DNA of 63,134 nucleotides, the filler included, from Reticulomyxa filosa (taxonomy: Eukaryota > Protista > Foraminifera): the NCBI GenBank assembly GCA_000512085.1. It is 19 parts of 19 records of this genome, joined end to end, with 100 filler letters (N's around TTAATTAATTAA, not from the genome) between each part and the next. Parts side by side here need not be neighbours in the genome. Positions count along the whole stretch, not along the records: positions 61,861 to 63,134 come from ASPP01048740.1; 18 more parts are not named here. One strand, 5' to 3'. Under the pieces are notes generated by a model, which did not search any database, was not told the DNA's origin, and worked only from the letters and a program-made list of their open reading frames with translations. The translations under genes were made by a program, and so were the position numbers. Shown here piece after piece: positions 62,578 to 63,134 of this stretch. Numbering within the stretch: position 1 is the stretch's first letter; the number at the start of each line of letters is the position of its first letter.

Positions 62578-63134
62578 ATGATATTTGCATGGAAAGAGAA
62601 TTTCCATAACAAGCCTGAGGCAATAACTTGCTTGATTTGGATGCCATTCATAGTGATTTGCAGTCTTCTCTTACTTGGTCGGGGCTGTACTTATTCTGTT
62701 GCCGCTCTCCTCCGGAAGCAACAATGAATATTACCAATACTATCTAATCATGGCATTGATGTGCACAGCAGTGTTTTCCTCGGCCGTCTTGGTGGATTAT
62801 GTGTCTGTAGTTACAAAAGCACTGCCAAGTGAACAGCATGATTGTCTAGAGTCAAATGTAATGAGTATATTTGTGATTGGTCAACGGTTGTCCATTTATT
62901 TCTTCTATTGGTTACGAATCGTTAAAATGTTCCAACCTGAGACACAGTACAGGTTTGTATTTTGTTTTCTTCTGCACGTGGGCATACCTTATAACGTATA
63001 CACACATACATATATGCACATACGTACGCATATGTGACGCAACGCGATCCAGTGAGACTCCAAAGTGGTCGATTGCATTGGTGATAAGCGTGTGCGTTGG
63101 ACTGATTGGAGGAGAAGCATATTATTTGGCGCGA
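62578..63134 (+). CDS. Orphan multi-pass (7TM-like) protein fragment
   Basis: Hydrophobic segments, extracellular Cys and YFFYWLRIVKMF, similar to TM3 of 56310-58037; frameshift near 62675. Confidence 0.55.

Noticed and set aside
1-63134. tRNA, rRNA genes and CRISPR arrays
   Set aside because: None recognised by eye. tRNAscan-SE and barrnap would be needed to exclude them formally.

Overview
This window is not one locus. It is 19 short contigs joined by 18 artificial 100-bp linkers (N44-TTAATTAATTAA-N44), so adjacency across linkers means nothing. Nearly all contigs come from an AT-rich, intron-containing, pseudogene-rich protist. By inference this is a foraminiferan or other rhizarian such as Reticulomyxa filosa, judged from poly-A/T introns, NACHT-WD40, ART-like, SecA-DEAD-like and orphan 7TM families. 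Recognisable eukaryotic genes: an atypical G-alpha, PAM16, a RING-TRAF-Cys-rich E3, a CaMK-type kinase, a Rac-like GTPase, a Sec7/BIG DCB fragment, a DEP-domain protein, a USP34/9X-like deubiquitinase, 7TM proteins and RNF213-like fragments. Pseudogenes include an M1 aminopeptidase, an ABC1 kinase, a CAP-Gly protein, a WD40 protein and an ART-like gene, and there are decayed LINEs. One contig (14906-18067) is bacterial: prophage remnants, an OLD/AAA fragment, DUF2130, an ATPase-nuclease pseudogene and IS3. The most notable signals are (i) introns with A-rich rather than pyrimidine-rich 3' ends plus a GA-AG intron, (ii) two unannotated G-U-rich structured RNA candidates, (iii) a high-copy multi-exon repeat unit ending in STPSP micro-exon modules and an A-rich tail, and (iv) a Rac with A59G/Q61K-type substitutions encoded around a NAGNAG micro-exon. 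All family assignments are from motif recognition only; no database searches were run.
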